Assembly (NCBI RefSeq): GCF_009834535.1
Contig: NC_045714.1
Coordinates: 7,068,001-7,132,000 of the forward strand
Direction of reading: 5' to 3'
From: Camelus ferus
Taxonomy: Eukaryota
DNA length: 64,000 bases
Positions within the stretch are counted from its first letter, which is position 1; each line of letters starts with the position of its first letter. Of this stretch, positions 36,350-47,609 are shown one piece after another. A model generated the notes under the pieces. That model searched no databases. It was not told the DNA's origin and worked only from the letters and a program-made list of their open reading frames with translations. Position numbers and translations under genes: made by a program.

Positions 36350-37693
36350 CTGGAATAAAGGAAATGTGGGGTTAAGGATGAAATTTCACTACTGTAGGTC
36401 TCAATCTGATACTGGAATGTGTTGCCCCAAGCAAACATCCATACGCAAATAAATAAAATTTAAAAAACGGGAATGTGGAATTATGGACAAAGTTATAAAT
36501 CCACTCCAAAGCATTCTTTCATTTTAATTTCTAACCACAGCTCTAAAAATTAAATAGCTGTTTTTCTCCAGAGTTTTGCTTGCTGTAATTCTTTAATGTC
36601 TTACTCAGCAATTGGAAATTAAGTTTCTTCTTTAACTACTTTTTTTTTCTTTTGATTCATAGGCTTTTTTTTTTTTTTTTCTTTTTTTTCCAGGAGCACT
36701 TTCAACAAAGCTATTGTTTATTCACTCTTCTGGACCCCAGCATCCCTCTGTTAACAGGCACGGGGGTCAGTCAGGCCGGCAGCTGCTGCCGATTCTTTTC
36801 ACTGCTTCTACAGTGGGATGTTCTGAGGCCAAATTCAGCAGAGCCGGTCATTCGCTTCAGTTCTCGAATGTGGTTCTGGAAAACCCGGGTCACTAACAAA
36901 CAGAAGCCATTAAAATGCATTTATCAGACAAATATACTTCTTCCCGCAAATCAGAATTCTCTTTAGTCCATCTCAGAAGTTGACTGCACCTCGTGTTCAA
37001 AACCAAACAGAACCATCGTGCTAAGATACATACTGGGTGTGGGGGGGAGGGAAGGGAAGGAAAAAAGCAGGGGCACAGAGAGCGAGAGGAAGAGAGGCAG
37101 GCTAAGGTGAAACAGGGGTACAGGCAATATTTCTCTTTTAGTTAAAAAAATCTATTACAAACCATATCATCGGTGGATCACAGTTGGTAAGGAGTGAGTT
37201 GGGACTCGGGGGTGTGTGTGTGTGTGTGCGTGTGCATGTGCGTGTTCTGTTTCATGCGTAAACTAGCACATTGTCAGAGCTCAATAAATGATGGATGACA
37301 GGGTGACATAACCATTATAACATCAATTAATTTGCTGTCAAGAAAAAGTGGGCCCTTCAGATTATCCAGCCATAATTGCCTTGGCTTTGCTAACTTCTCC
37401 CCTTTCTGTAACAGGTTATGTGAGTGGTTATCAACACATATGCCTCAGACATATTCAATAAAAGGCTGCATTTTCTCCCCACATGCCATGATAGAAAAGG
37501 AAAAAAGGAAAAAATTTATTGTGGTGACTAGTTACCTGTTAAGATGTGAATATGTGGTCATCCTGAGAGACCAGTGAATCAATGTGGGGGTTGTAAAAGA
37601 GAACACTTGTCGTAGTGCTGGTTAAACTGGGTTTGAAGATGAGCTGTGAAGCCAACACTTATTAAGCACTTACATGCTAGGCATATACTAAGC

Positions 37694-38445
37694 AGGGCCA
37701 GGGCTAGGGTAACTGATGTGAGGCACTCACTGTGGGTACAAAATTAGAGGTGGGGAACACACATTAAAAACCTCAGTAATCAAGATAACTCACATTTTAA
37801 TACACTATTTTAAAAAATTAAAGTCAACATAAAAATCTATAATGAACAAAATATCAAAATTTAAATAAAGACAGTGCCGTGTAGAGCCATATTGGAACCT
37901 GAAACAAAAAGGGAAAAATGTGCATTTCGCATTATGCATGCTCGTATGTATTTTTTTAATTGTTAGTTTTTCCCCCCAGAACATTAAAGAAATTGAAAAA
38001 AAAAAAACTAAAAATTTGACAAGTAGGTGTATTAAAACTCATAACATTAAGTTTAAATATTTTATTTTTGTCCTAAACAAAATTGATTATAATTTCATGT
38101 TTCTGGCTTGAATGGAAGCAAAATCATCCTTTTCATTTCATCAACATTTTGAAAATCTAATTCTGAAAAAAATTAACCATTAACAAATACATAAAAGCAT
38201 GCATATAGGAGTGCACGTTTTTTGTTCTGCCTGATTCCAGTATGAACTCACATGGAGCTGTTACTGATCCTACTTTCATGTAGAATTTTGACATTTTGTT
38301 CATCATGGATTTTTTCCCATTAATTTTGTTTTTTTTAAAAAAATGTTGCATCAAAATATGATTTATCTTGATTACTGAGTTTTTTTGGCATCCCCCTAAA
38401 TTCTATGCTCAAGGCAAGTGCTTCACCCCCCTCTCCTGGTCCCAC
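37694..38445. mobile_element. hAT-Tip100-like MITE with long inverted arms
   Basis: Left arm cagggccagggctaggg...ctcagtaatcaagataa...aatgaacaaaatatc is inverted as ttttgttcatcatgg...ttatcttgattactgag...cctggtccc on the right. Confidence 0.65.
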
Positions 38446-38449
38446 AACT

Positions 38450-38600
38450 ACAGCACTTCACATGTTATGCATTTAATCTCTCGGTACATGCACTGGGTAG
38501 GCCTTACTATTATGCCTAGTTTGCAGGTGAGGAAGCTGAGTGGGGGGGGGGCTTTCAGTGCCCACCTCCCATCCCCCAGGGATTCACAGTTCCCTGTATT
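38450..38600 (-). mobile_element. MIR
   Basis: ttgcaggtgaggaagctgag. Confidence 0.55.
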
Positions 38601-38699
38601 CCAAAGGTGACTGCAGGCCCCCGCGACTCTGCCCCAGGGCCCCTTCCCTGGTCTCCGGGGAATGGTCTGTCAGCGTGGGTGAAGAGGTGCTGCCGTGTC

Positions 38700-38958
38700 A
38701 AGGCCTGTAGGGGCAGCCCCCCACCCCTGCTGGCAGAGGAGGAACACCCCCGCACCCCGCCTTCCTTGCCGGGTGGGGCAGCACTGAGGCTTGCCACTTG
38801 CTTTGGCCTCAGCAGTAACCTGCTCCTTCCCACATTGAGCTCCCTCCCTTCCCTGTCTTGCTTCCTACATCCTGACCAGTGCTTTTTGGGATCACCTCCC
38901 AAATAAACAACTTGCCCTCAAAACCTCAGGATCTGTTTTGGAAGAACCCAACCTAAGA
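38700..38958 (+). mobile_element. LTR16/LTR33-like 3' part
   Basis: gggatcacctcccaaataaacaacttgccctcaaa...gaacccaacctaaga. Confidence 0.7.
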
Positions 38959-39084
38959 TGCTGAAGCACAGAGATGTAGGGTAAGTAACTCAGAGTTTAT
39001 ACATCTAAGATGATGTGGAAGAGCAGGAAGTCACACCAAGGGAACCAGCCTCCAGGGTCTGCGTTCTTACCCACATTCTGCCAA

Positions 39085-39420
39085 CACTTTGGCGAACTCC
39101 AGCTTATGGGCCAAATATGGCTCACTGCCTATTTCTGTCTGGCTGTGAGCTGTGAATTGTTTTTAACTTTAAAAAATAGTCAAAAAATAATTATAAAAAA
39201 GAAAAATTACATTTTTTTGATGTGTGAAAATAACATGAAATTGAAATGTCAGTCTATAAATAACATTTTATTGGCACACAGCTATGCCCGTTCATTTACA
39301 TATGGCCTGTGGGTCCTTTCCAGCTACAATGGCAGAGTTGAGTAGTTATGACAGAGACTGAATAGCCTGCAAAGCTAAAAATATTTACAAACTTTCACAG
39401 AACAAGTTTGCAGAGCCCTG
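39085..39420. mobile_element. MER58B
   Basis: ttttattggcacacagctatgcccgttcatttac...ggcagagttgagtagttatgacagagac. Confidence 0.8.
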
Positions 39421-39424
39421 CCCT

Positions 39425-39600
39425 ACTGCCTTTCTATTCCAGGTTTGTAGCTTATTACTTGGGTGGCCTTAGACAGGTTCCTTTACTAACTTCCCTGAGT
39501 TTCAGAATTTGTAAATATAAAATGAGATAAACAATTGCTTCCTTAAAGTACTTGTGAGGATTTAACATTTGAGGTAGTATTTGCAAAGCACACAGTTCAC
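39425..39600 (+). mobile_element. MIR
   Basis: cctgagtttcag...tataaaatgagataa...gtgaggatttaac. Confidence 0.55.
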
Positions 39601-40269
39601 TTCCTATAAACCTAATTTCCATTTCTACCAAAGTAAATTTTATGAAAATATCGTTATCTAAGTTGTCTCTTAGTCTATGAAAGCCCTATTTAGCTAGTAA
39701 TCAGCAGATTTTTCTGAAGGGTTGGTCTGGGATGATGTTTACCTTCTATAGTTAATGGTGGGCCTAATTGCTTGTTAGCTGCAGATTCCTTTAAAGTTGG
39801 GCAAGACATGGGAAAGCAGAGAAAACAAATGCATAAAAACAGAGCAGCATGGAAAATGTCAGGGGTAGTATGTGAGAAACTGGAATCAATATTCAAAACG
39901 CATGCATGTCTCAATTTTTCTTCGTTAATTTGTCACTGTTTTGAAAAGTCTAAATTATGCTTGCAAAAACTTAATGTATGCATACATATGTATGAAAGTG
40001 TACAACTTAGCATGGGCGACACAGACGTGCACAACAGTAGGTTTTGCTTAGAATAAGAGGCAGAAGCAAGAGGTAAAATGCATTTCCTTGCAGCAGTGGA
40101 GTGGTGGGTCACTGCAGTAGACCCTCTCAGGAACGGGTAAACAGACTGATGGGGAACAAAGTGTGCTTCCAACATTTCTCTTAAGTCCATCTCCTTTGCT
40201 CCGTTGCTCAGTCCGGGCTGCCTTCAGCTCTCTCCCGGCTTATGGCTTCCCAACCCAGTCTCCTTCCCC

Positions 40270-40471
40270 CACAATGATTTTCAACTGGGGTGATTTTTTC
40301 TTCCCGGGGGACATTTTTTTTTTTTTTTTGGAACCATAACCAGGAAGAAGCTACTGATATCTAATGGGCACAGGTCTGGGATGGTGATAAAATCTTACAA
40401 TGCACAGGGCAGCCCCCTTTCCTAATAAAGAATTCTCCAGCCACAAATGTCAAGAGTGCCTAGAATCCCTG
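40270..40471 (+). mobile_element. MER20
   Basis: ttttcaactggggtgatttt...acaatgcacagggcagcccc...ccacaaatgtcaagagtgcc. Confidence 0.75.
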
Positions 40472-40474
40472 CTC

Positions 40475-40990
40475 TCGTCACCCCCTCCAGTGGGTTCTAG
40501 ATTCAGCAGCCAGAGTGCTTTTTACTTTCTAAAATGTAAAGTTTAGACTGGTCATGTCACTTCCTTGCTTATGATGCTTTGTTGTGTTCTCATTGCTTGT
40601 AGGGTAGGACCTGCATCCTTATTCATGATTACAAACCTCCCTGGCCTGTTTTCTCTTTCCTCCTCCCACTCTGTCCTTGTTTAGCTATAGGCTTTGCACA
40701 AGCTGTTTCCAAAAGCTGAGGCACTTTCCCTCAGCCCTCTTCACCTTTTCCTGGCCGACTCCTATGCGCCAGTCATGTCAAACATCAGCTGACAGTTTAG
40801 CTCCCGTGAATGGCAGCTACCATCTCTCTGACATGATTCTTAATCCCTTTCATTGTAATTGCTCGATCCATTATCTGCATTTCTATTTAGACTGGACACT
40901 CTCTGAGGGCAGAGATGCTGTCTGTCTTTTTCACTATTACATATGCAGTGTCTGGCACACAGAGGCTTTCAGTAACTATTTATTGATGAA
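40475..40990 (+). mobile_element. L2
   Basis: ctctctgagggcagagatgctgtctgtctttttcac...gtctggcacacagagg. Confidence 0.7.
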
Positions 40991-41293
40991 AGGAGTACTT
41001 ACACTGGTTTGTTTATATGAGATGGTCTATTTGGAATGTTAAGACATTTACAAGTGCAGACAGTTGTGACAATTCATACTTCTGGTTTGTGATAATACTG
41101 GTGTGCCATGTAACTCTACTAACTGTAAAGTAAGGAAAGGAAGTAAGCAATCCAAAATTGTGGAATTCAAGCAATGTACATTAACAGACTGTTCTAGATC
41201 CTCTGGAGAGGATGGAGGAGTGCTGGTTAATTTAATAATAGTAATTTAAAAAATAAATTAATAAAAACATCACTAGACAATAAGCAATGTCAC

Positions 41294-41779
41294 TGTCAAG
41301 ATCTTTGGAGGGTCTAAGATTTTACATTACTTGCTAGATAACAAGTGAGTTCCAGGGATGCTGGCTGAAGACACAAAACTCCTGGGTCAGAGACAAAAGA
41401 TTTAGTTACTCACAGCACAGCAGGAGGAGCTTCATATTTGTGTCTGTTCCCTTTGCCTGCAAGTCCCGTGTAGCCACTGGGGAGTGGCCTGGGTAGATTC
41501 TGCACAAGCAGCAAGTTTATGCTACAGCTGGGGATCCCCAAGTTTAAGAAACCTCCAGTATTACAAAGGAGCTACTGGTAAATCTGCCCAAATGTTGCTT
41601 TAGACCAAGATACCATTTTTATTTCCCAGGTCAGGAAACAAATCTGCTTTCTGCCCTGGAGGAAGACAGGCTATTTTTCAAGGCTATACACTATACAAAT
41701 ATTCTTGAGAAGACAGTCTGGGGCAAAAGCTGTCACAAGGCATGTAGAAATGCCACGGAGAGTCGCTCCCTCTCCTACA
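41294..41779 (-). mobile_element. MER54/MER74/MER88-group ERVL LTR
   Basis: tgtcaagatctttggagggtctaagattttac...ctcctgggtcagagacaaaag; near-TSD GTCAC at 41289-41293 and 41782-41786. Confidence 0.7.
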
Positions 41780-41999
41780 GAGTCACCTTGATTTTAGAAT
41801 AATCTTCAGACTCAACCTCTTTTCTACCCTTTGAAGTTTGAGATAATAATTCCCTGCATACTCATTTACATGCAAGATAGATGGAATGAAGAGAAGATGT
41901 AGAAACATGCCTGGGTTTTCCTGTATCAAATTATTTTCATACACGCATAGATAGAATGTGTTGGCAAACATTCGGAAATGCCTTTCTCTGGGAATGGCA

Positions 42000-42310
42000 C
42001 CAGCCATCAAACCATCAAGTCCTATTGATTTCATCTTCCAAATATGTCTTGAATTCATCCATTCACCTTCACCTCCATTACCGCCATTGTTTCAGGCTGC
42101 CACTTTCTCTCTTGGAGATTATGGCAATGGTTTCCTAAGTGGTTCTCCCCTTCTGCTCCAGGCACTGCTTAGCTAGCCCCTTGAAGCCCAGTTTCCTTAC
42201 CTCTGAAATGGACACAGCAATATTCCTACCCCACAGCATTTTTGTGGGAATTACATGGAATGAAGCAAGTCAGCCTGACAAGTACTGAGGCTCAGCCGCT
42301 GTTAGCTCTC
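42000..42310 (+). mobile_element. L2 fragment plus MIR fragment
   Basis: caagtcctattgatttcatcttccaaatatgtcttgaattcatcc; cagtttccttacctctgaaatgg. Confidence 0.6.
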
Positions 42311-42781
42311 ATGATTTACTACTTCTATATGTGCAAGCCCTGGATTCATAGTCTCTAACTTTGATTTCTTACAACCAACATGAACTCTGAGGCAAAAATC
42401 TTCAAAGTGAAGATTTCTTATGAGTGGAATCAAGTAAGGCCAAAGCATTTTGGGCTGAAAGCTGTGATACAAGGAGAAGGGGTTTGAAATTGGGAGAAAG
42501 GATAAAATAGATCAGCTGATGCCTACCCTTCAAAGAAACATTATGTTAACTATTCTCCTATTGCAAAGAAACTCCATCTCACTAGGGACGTACATTTGCT
42601 AAGTACATCAGAGTTAAAAAAAAAAAAAAAGATTTGAAAGCTATTCTCTATTCTGTGATTAACTGAACATGTTTGGGCCAATAGAGGAGGAATAAAATTA
42701 CCACACCACTGTATATACGTGAGATAAAATATACGATTAAAAATATTTATTATACTGATGTGGAAAAGAATAATATGTTNN

Positions 42782-42957
42782 NNNNNNNNNNNNNNNNNNN
42801 NNNNNNNNNNNNNNNNNNNNNNNNNNNNNNNNNNNNNNNNNNNNNNNNNNNNNNNNNNNNNNNNNNNNNNNNNNNNNNNNNNNNNNNNNNNNNNNNNNNN
42901 NNNNNNNNNNNNNNNNNNNNNNNNNNNNNNNNNNNNNNNNNNNNNNNNNNNNNNNNN
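42782..42957 (-). CDS. Putative hidden exon (<=178 nt) inside N-run 42780-42959
   Basis: On the minus strand an AG-free stretch with a CTGAC branch-like motif precedes the gap, and [gt]aacat follows it (GTAACA donor if 2 bases are hidden). Confidence 0.35.
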
Positions 42958-44259
42958 NNCAGTCAGTTTGATTTCAAAGGCCAAAATTTATAGTTTTGTT
43001 CCTGATTTAGTGATAAGATTTTTTAACATATTGAGCGTTTTATCACCCTCTATCAGGACATGGAGTTGAACTTACAAATGAAAAAAAAAAAAGGCCAACA
43101 AAAAAGAGGCCATAAATAATATACTACAGAATGACAGAGGAGTTTAATATTCCCTTTGGGTCGGTGGGAATTACTCAGATTTCTGTCCTTGTAAACATAT
43201 GTCCTGGTCTCTACGGAAGATGTGTTATACAATCTTTATGCTCCTGGAAAAGTAGTCATAGACAAAGCTGGAACTCCAGACCACAAGGACTTTGCTAAAG
43301 CATAAAGGAAACTTTATTGTATGTATGCTCCCCCGTGTGTCAGCTAGGGTTTATTCAAGGCAGATAAAACGTAGTTATTGGACACTTCTGATATGTCGAA
43401 AATAGGTATAGATATTTAATGATGGGAAAGTTCATGACTCAGTAAAGATGACTCCCTAGCTGGTAGCTTAGGACAGAAAACTATAAAACCAAATTATGAT
43501 AATCATCAGAGTCAGGAGAAAAAAAGTAGGCCCACCGAGCTCTATTTATTGAATTTCTGACTTCATTATACACCACCTACTTTGGAAGCACAGGGAACAG
43601 ATTTTTGATAATCTCAGTAGATTTGCAAAGTAAAACTATTTTGTGATCACTATAGTGATTTTTTGGGGGGGAAGACTTGGACAAAACGGGCAATAGTAGG
43701 GAATAAAAACAGTCCACCTGCCCCATAATCCACTCACACATATCCGGAATTTACTTCTGAAGAGTCGGTTTGACATTAAACTAGTGAAAGTAGACGTGGT
43801 TGTCTTGGTTTTTACCACTAACAATCATTTTTTCCCCCAAACAACGTTCCCATCACATAGCAGTGTCTACCTGTCCTGACATAAAAGTTAAACCATTGAT
43901 CTGGGGCTTAAATAGGACTTTGAGCTGCAATGGTCTGTTTTATCACACGTACCTTATGTGCTGAGTCAGCAAGGCCAAATACACTTCCAGTAGACATCAC
44001 ATCTAGACAGCGGGGGTCCTGCCAGTTCTTTATTTTTTAACCTTCACTCAGATCTGTGTTTTAGGGAGTGGGGCAACATTTTCTACCTGTGACATTAAGA
44101 GTATCTATGCCTTGGACAGTGCCCTTGGCTGACAGCTCTTGTGGATGATTTTATGTGGAGTATCAGCACTTGCTCTGCCAGGTTACAGAGCTGTTAGCAT
44201 GAATAAGATGCCTTTTTTGGGTATGCTTGCTAACATTTACAGAGTTCTTACTATGTGCT

Positions 44260-44740
44260 TAGGTTTTTTTGTTTGCTGAACATTCTTTGATTTTATTAAA
44301 AAATTTTAAACCACTCTGTAGCATTAAGGTGTGGCTGCAAAAGCTGTGATGTACTATATAAGTCTTTATTACTCTTGCTTGAGGGGGGTCAGCTAAGTGG
44401 CCTTTGTCTGGATTGCTCACATATCTGGGTATCGGCTGGGGCCACTGGGTGATGGATGACTTGTCTCTGCCCCACACTTCCATCCTCCAGCAGCCTGGCC
44501 GGGACATGTTCTCATGATAGTGGCAGAAGGCCGAGCAGGACACACAAGACTCTTGAATCCCAGACCCAGAACTGGCACATCATCACTTCCATCGAACTCT
44601 ATTGGCCAAAGCAAGTCAACAAAGTCAACCCAAGTATAAGGGATTCTTCCTGTTTACTGAGAAACACTGTAGAGTGATCGAGCAAAGGGTGCAGATACAA
44701 AGATGGAGAAGAACTGGGGCCTGTAACTGAATCCACCATG
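44260..44740 (-). mobile_element. MLT1G/H-like LTR
   Basis: cagaactggcacatcatcacttccatc...ctattggccaaagcaagtca. Confidence 0.7.
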
Positions 44741-44900
44741 CAGCTCATTTAATCCTGACCATCATGGAGTGAGGTAGGTACTGTTATAGTTCCCATTTTG
44801 CAACAGAGGGGATTGAGGCACAGGGTGCGTGAGTAAACAGCAAAAAGTCCCCAACCAGAAGCGGAGAGAGCCTGGGCACCTGATATTGTACTAGACAATC
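44741..44900 (-). mobile_element. MIR
   Basis: cccattttgcaacagaggggattgaggcacag. Confidence 0.6.
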
Positions 44901-46464
44901 TGATTATAAGAAACATGAAACCTGTAGCTCATCGACTCAGGCTTTTGAAATTTATACTCACACTCCAGTGGTGGAGTGAGTACACATTGTAGTTTGCAAA
45001 GTAAGATGCACAATAGAACTGTATTCTTTAGATTTCAACCTGATTGTTAACCTGGAGCTCCCATTCTGCTGAGATGGCAGAAAATTCAAACTGAGTTCTT
45101 CCTGGAGAGTCCCTCCTATTATGGACATCTGTCATTGCTCCTGGCTGCTGAGCATCTGTCTGCATTCCCTCCTCAAGTCAGAGGAACCCTCATGTTTACA
45201 AGGCCGAGCCCATCTTCCACTTCTGATGATGGAAAAAAACAGGTAAGTACTCTCCCAGCCTCCTTGGAAGTTCCAGATTCCAACAAGAAGCTTGTGACAA
45301 GAAAAGGCAGGGCTCACACAGAATCCATTCTGGCAGCAGATCATAGAAAAGGCAGTGGTCATATCCTGGTAGGGGTAAAAGTTGTTCTGACATCAGTGCC
45401 CAGCGTCCAGCACTGTTTAAACTACAGTGTCCGTGCCCAATGCTGGCTGTGGGGGGAAGTGTCACCATGGGACCTGCCTCGCAGTGCAGTTTTAGGCATT
45501 GTTCTGACTGCAAATCCTCCAAACCTGGTCATTCAGAGCTCCTGGGAGTTTCTGTGAGCTACAGAGAATCCGTTAAAACTTTTTTTTTCTCTTGTTGAAA
45601 TCAATCAGAACTTGCTTCTCTTACTTGCAACCATGAGTCCTGATCCCTCCTGGTTTGAGCCACAGTTTTGGGGCCTTGCTCTGGACCTGGACATGAGGTG
45701 AGTCCCTTGATCTACTGGCTTTGGAACACATAGGCTCCTGCAGGCATGTCCATTGCCCAATTTGCTTGACAAATGCAGCAGCTCCTTGTTACCTCTCTGC
45801 CATGTTTGGGATGAAGGGACTTTGGGGAAGATACTCATGGCCCCATCCGCATAGACTTGCTATGTGAGCATTTATATTTTGGGGGACCTGCTGCCTCTGT
45901 AGGAGGTTATAGGAAGTGAAGTAAAGGCCTCCCCCCTCTCTGAGCCCATGGACCATCTTCTTTCTCTCTTTTGCTTACATTCATCTCCAGCCTGGAAGGA
46001 GTCTCTTTCTTTTCTGGGGAAATCCCTTTTCCTACACATTTTGTCCAATATACTTTGGGTTTGTTTTCAAACTTCCTCTTTCTCTTTTAAAAGTCACATT
46101 TATTAATAGCAAGATTTTGGAAAAAGGCAAAAAACCTGGAGAACAACCTGGAGATTAAAAGCGAGGAAAGAGGAGGACAATGTGGGAGAAAACTCTGCTT
46201 TTCCACAGGGTAACATCTTACAGCGTGAGTGCAAGGTGCCTCTGGCAGGGCAGGTTTCCAAACAGCCTGGCACAGTTTTGGTCAACTATTCTGATCTCAC
46301 GTCCTGACATTTATTCCCTTTGCTGCTCCACAGAACCTGTGTTCTCCTGAACTGTCACCAGCAAAGCCCATTAATAATTCCCAGGAAATAAAAATAGGAT
46401 CTGGGTAATAAAATAAAGTCTAACCTGTTTTTTCCTCTTTGTGCTTTGTCTGGCTTCACTGGCT

Positions 46465-46879
46465 TGTTCGGGGCCACATGCAGAGGCCTCACATCTGGCC
46501 CTTCAGACAGGCGTTCCTCGTGCAAAACGGCCACACCGCCACCGCCGCTGCCTGCGCCTCAGCTGGGCAGGCTGTGTGCAGAAGCTGCGCACGACATTCA
46601 AGATGGTGGCGGGGGATGGGGTGCGCATGTGCAGAGACGCTGAGCCCGCCCGGCACCGCCATCTGGAGCCGGAAGCTGCGCAGTTGTGCCCGCCCCCGTG
46701 AGGACTCGGCCCTCCCCGCCCCGCCCCCGCTGACTGGATCCCTACAAAGCAGCCCCGCCCACCGCCTGTCCCACGAGCGGGTGCTCTAGACCTCACACTT
46801 CTCCGTCCTTTGATCAAAGAATAAAGCTTTCCTTTGCTTCTAAACCAAGCTCTGTCTCGTTCTATCGATGTGAGTGACA
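46465..46879 (+). mobile_element. Young CpG-rich solo-LTR-like element / candidate promoter
   Basis: TGTTCGGGG start, YY1/NRF1/GC-box motifs, TATA-like TACAAAG at 46743, AATAAA at 46820-46825, ...GTGACA end. TSD is imperfect (ctggct vs ctggga), so the ends are uncertain. Confidence 0.55.
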
Positions 46880-47064
46880 CTGGGAAGGAGGACTCTTGTT
46901 GGGAAACCGGCTTGGGAGGGTAGGTAGCAAAACCAGCTAATGTGTCTCCAGTATCTCCTCGCTTCTACATCTTTCTGCACAGAATTATTTTCTCTGCCTG
47001 GCACGTCCCTTATTTCTTAGCTCTTAGAGACTAAATCCTAACTACCCTCAAGAAGAAATGGAGA

Positions 47065-47609
47065 CAGGTATGAAATGTACACTGTGGGGAATGTAGCCAA
47101 TGACTGTGTAATATCTTTGTGTGGTGACATATTATAACGAGACTTGGAGAACACTTTGAAATGTATAGAAATATCGAATAGCTATATTGTATAACAAATT
47201 AACATAGTGCTGTAGGTCCATTATACTTCAAAAATAAACAAACTCATAGAGAAAGAAAACAGGTTTGTGGCTACCAGAGGTGGAGGTAGGGGGAGGTGGA
47301 ATCGATGAAAAAGGTACAGTCTTCCAGCTACAGGATAAATAAGCACTAGGGATGTAATGCACAACATGATAAATCTGTGTGTTACGTATGAAAATTGTTA
47401 AGAGTGAATCCTAAGAGTTCTCATCGCAAGAAAAAAAAATTTTTTTCTCTCTTTCTTTAATTTTGTCCCTACATGAGATGACAGATGTTCACTAAACTTA
47501 CTGTGGTCATCAATTCATGATGAATGTAAGTCAAATCATGATGCTTTCCAACTTAAACTTATGTAGTGCCATATGTCAATTATATCTCAGTAAACCTGAT
47601 AGAAAAAAA
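47065..47609 (+). mobile_element. 5'-truncated L1 (L1MA9/L1_Art-like) with two tandem 3'-end modules; TSD AAATGGAGA
   Basis: TSD at 47056-47064 and 47610-47618; ttatacttcaaaaa (first tail) and tcaattatatctcagtaaacc plus poly(A) (second tail). Confidence 0.8.

Noticed and set aside
35377-36438. ORFs running through X stretches (also at 23.3-23.8, 42.5-43.1 and 62.6-62.9 kb)
   Set aside because: Open only because N codons cannot be stops.
37385-37415. Plus-strand acag|gttat|gtgagt (recursive site or 5-nt microexon)
   Set aside because: On the strand opposite the inferred transcript and unsupported otherwise.
42990-43075. Minus-strand peptide VQLHVLIEGDKTLNMLKNLITKSGTKL* after a poly-T tract
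   Set aside because: It needs a weak AAG acceptor, and the T-run looks like a homopolymer tail rather than a splice tract.
45182-45249. Plus-strand exon-like unit ending CAG|gtaagt
   Set aside because: Isolated, opposite to the inferred gene, and with no partner exons. Such motifs are common by chance.
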